Positions 63,475 through 64,000 of a DNA stretch of 64,000 bases are shown in pieces. Under the pieces are notes generated by a model. The model saw only the letters and a list, made by a program, of their open reading frames with translations, was not told the origin of the DNA and did not search any database. Every line of letters starts with the position of its first letter. Position 1 is the stretch's first letter. The stretch is from Callorhinchus milii (taxonomy: Eukaryota): NCBI RefSeq assembly GCF_018977255.1, contig NW_024704743.1, forward strand, positions 18,912,001 through 18,976,000, given 5' to 3'. A program made the position numbers and the translations under genes.

Positions 63475-63855
63475 AATAATCCTTGCATTTGATACAGTGC
63501 TTATCATGTCAGTGAGCTGTTTCAAAGCACTTTGCAGTATTTCACTGTGACTTGTAGTGACTGTGCATTTTGTAGGCGATTGCGACAGACCGCACAAAAT
63601 GAATCATCAGAACACGGGGAGAAACTCCCTTTTCTTTTTGAGTAGTGCCATGGGAACTTTAATATCTATGTGAACAGTTAGATGGGACTTCAGTTTAAGA
63701 TCTCATCCAAGACAGCACCACCGACAATGCAACATTCTCCCAACACTACATTTGTGTGTCAGTCTGCACTGTGAATTCAAAGACTTGATACGGGGCTTGA
63801 ACCTACAACTTCCGACTCAGAGATGATAGTGCTATCAACTGAGTCAGGCTGACAC
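63475..63855 (-). mobile_element. Deu-domain SINE (family B)
   Basis: Head at ~63790-63855, Deu body and tail. Confidence 0.85.
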
Positions 63856-64000
63856 CTGGCAATCCCCATGGTAGTAAATAGCATTATACAAGCGTGACAA
63901 AAAGATCCCTAAGCAGTAAGTGAGACACAACAACAACTTGCATTTATATAGGGCCAATCGTATGAGATAATGTCTTCGAGCACTTCAGAGTGGCAGGGTT

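Noticed and set aside
1..64000. CRISPR array, prokaryotic operon or defence system
   Set aside because: No regularly spaced repeat-spacer array and no gene-dense coding; all recurring sequences are eukaryotic retroelements, MITEs or simple repeats.

Overview
Repeat-rich, non-bacterial DNA from a vertebrate, by inference a cartilaginous fish (Deu-domain SINEs, a shark-type Penelope-like short repeat, C-rich L2 and CR1 relics). The only host coding sequence I can recognise is a 48-nt exon at 45173-45220 (+) that the ORF track misses. It encodes MQCCGLGHRRRVQVSY followed by a GTAAGT donor, which matches the palmitoylated beta2a N-terminal exon of the voltage-gated Ca2+ channel beta-2 subunit gene CACNB2 (human, from memory: MQCCGLVHRRRVRVSY). 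The rest of the window is therefore probably CACNB2 intronic or upstream sequence. It holds a near full-length frameshifted L2 LINE (31.4-34.8 kb), dozens of SINEs from two families sharing the L2 3' stem-loop, CR1 relics, a Gypsy integrase relic, hAT-like and palindromic MITEs, and a ~0.9-kb TG/TC microsatellite. The most interesting non-coding signals are Penelope-like repeats carrying a minimal hammerhead ribozyme motif, two clusters of RFX X-box-like motifs, a CpG-rich CRE/E-box module downstream of the beta2a exon, alternative splice signals around that exon, and a ~0.7-kb inverted duplication ~18 kb apart. I found no CRISPR array, rRNA or true tRNA gene. Repeat boundaries were read by eye and are approximate.
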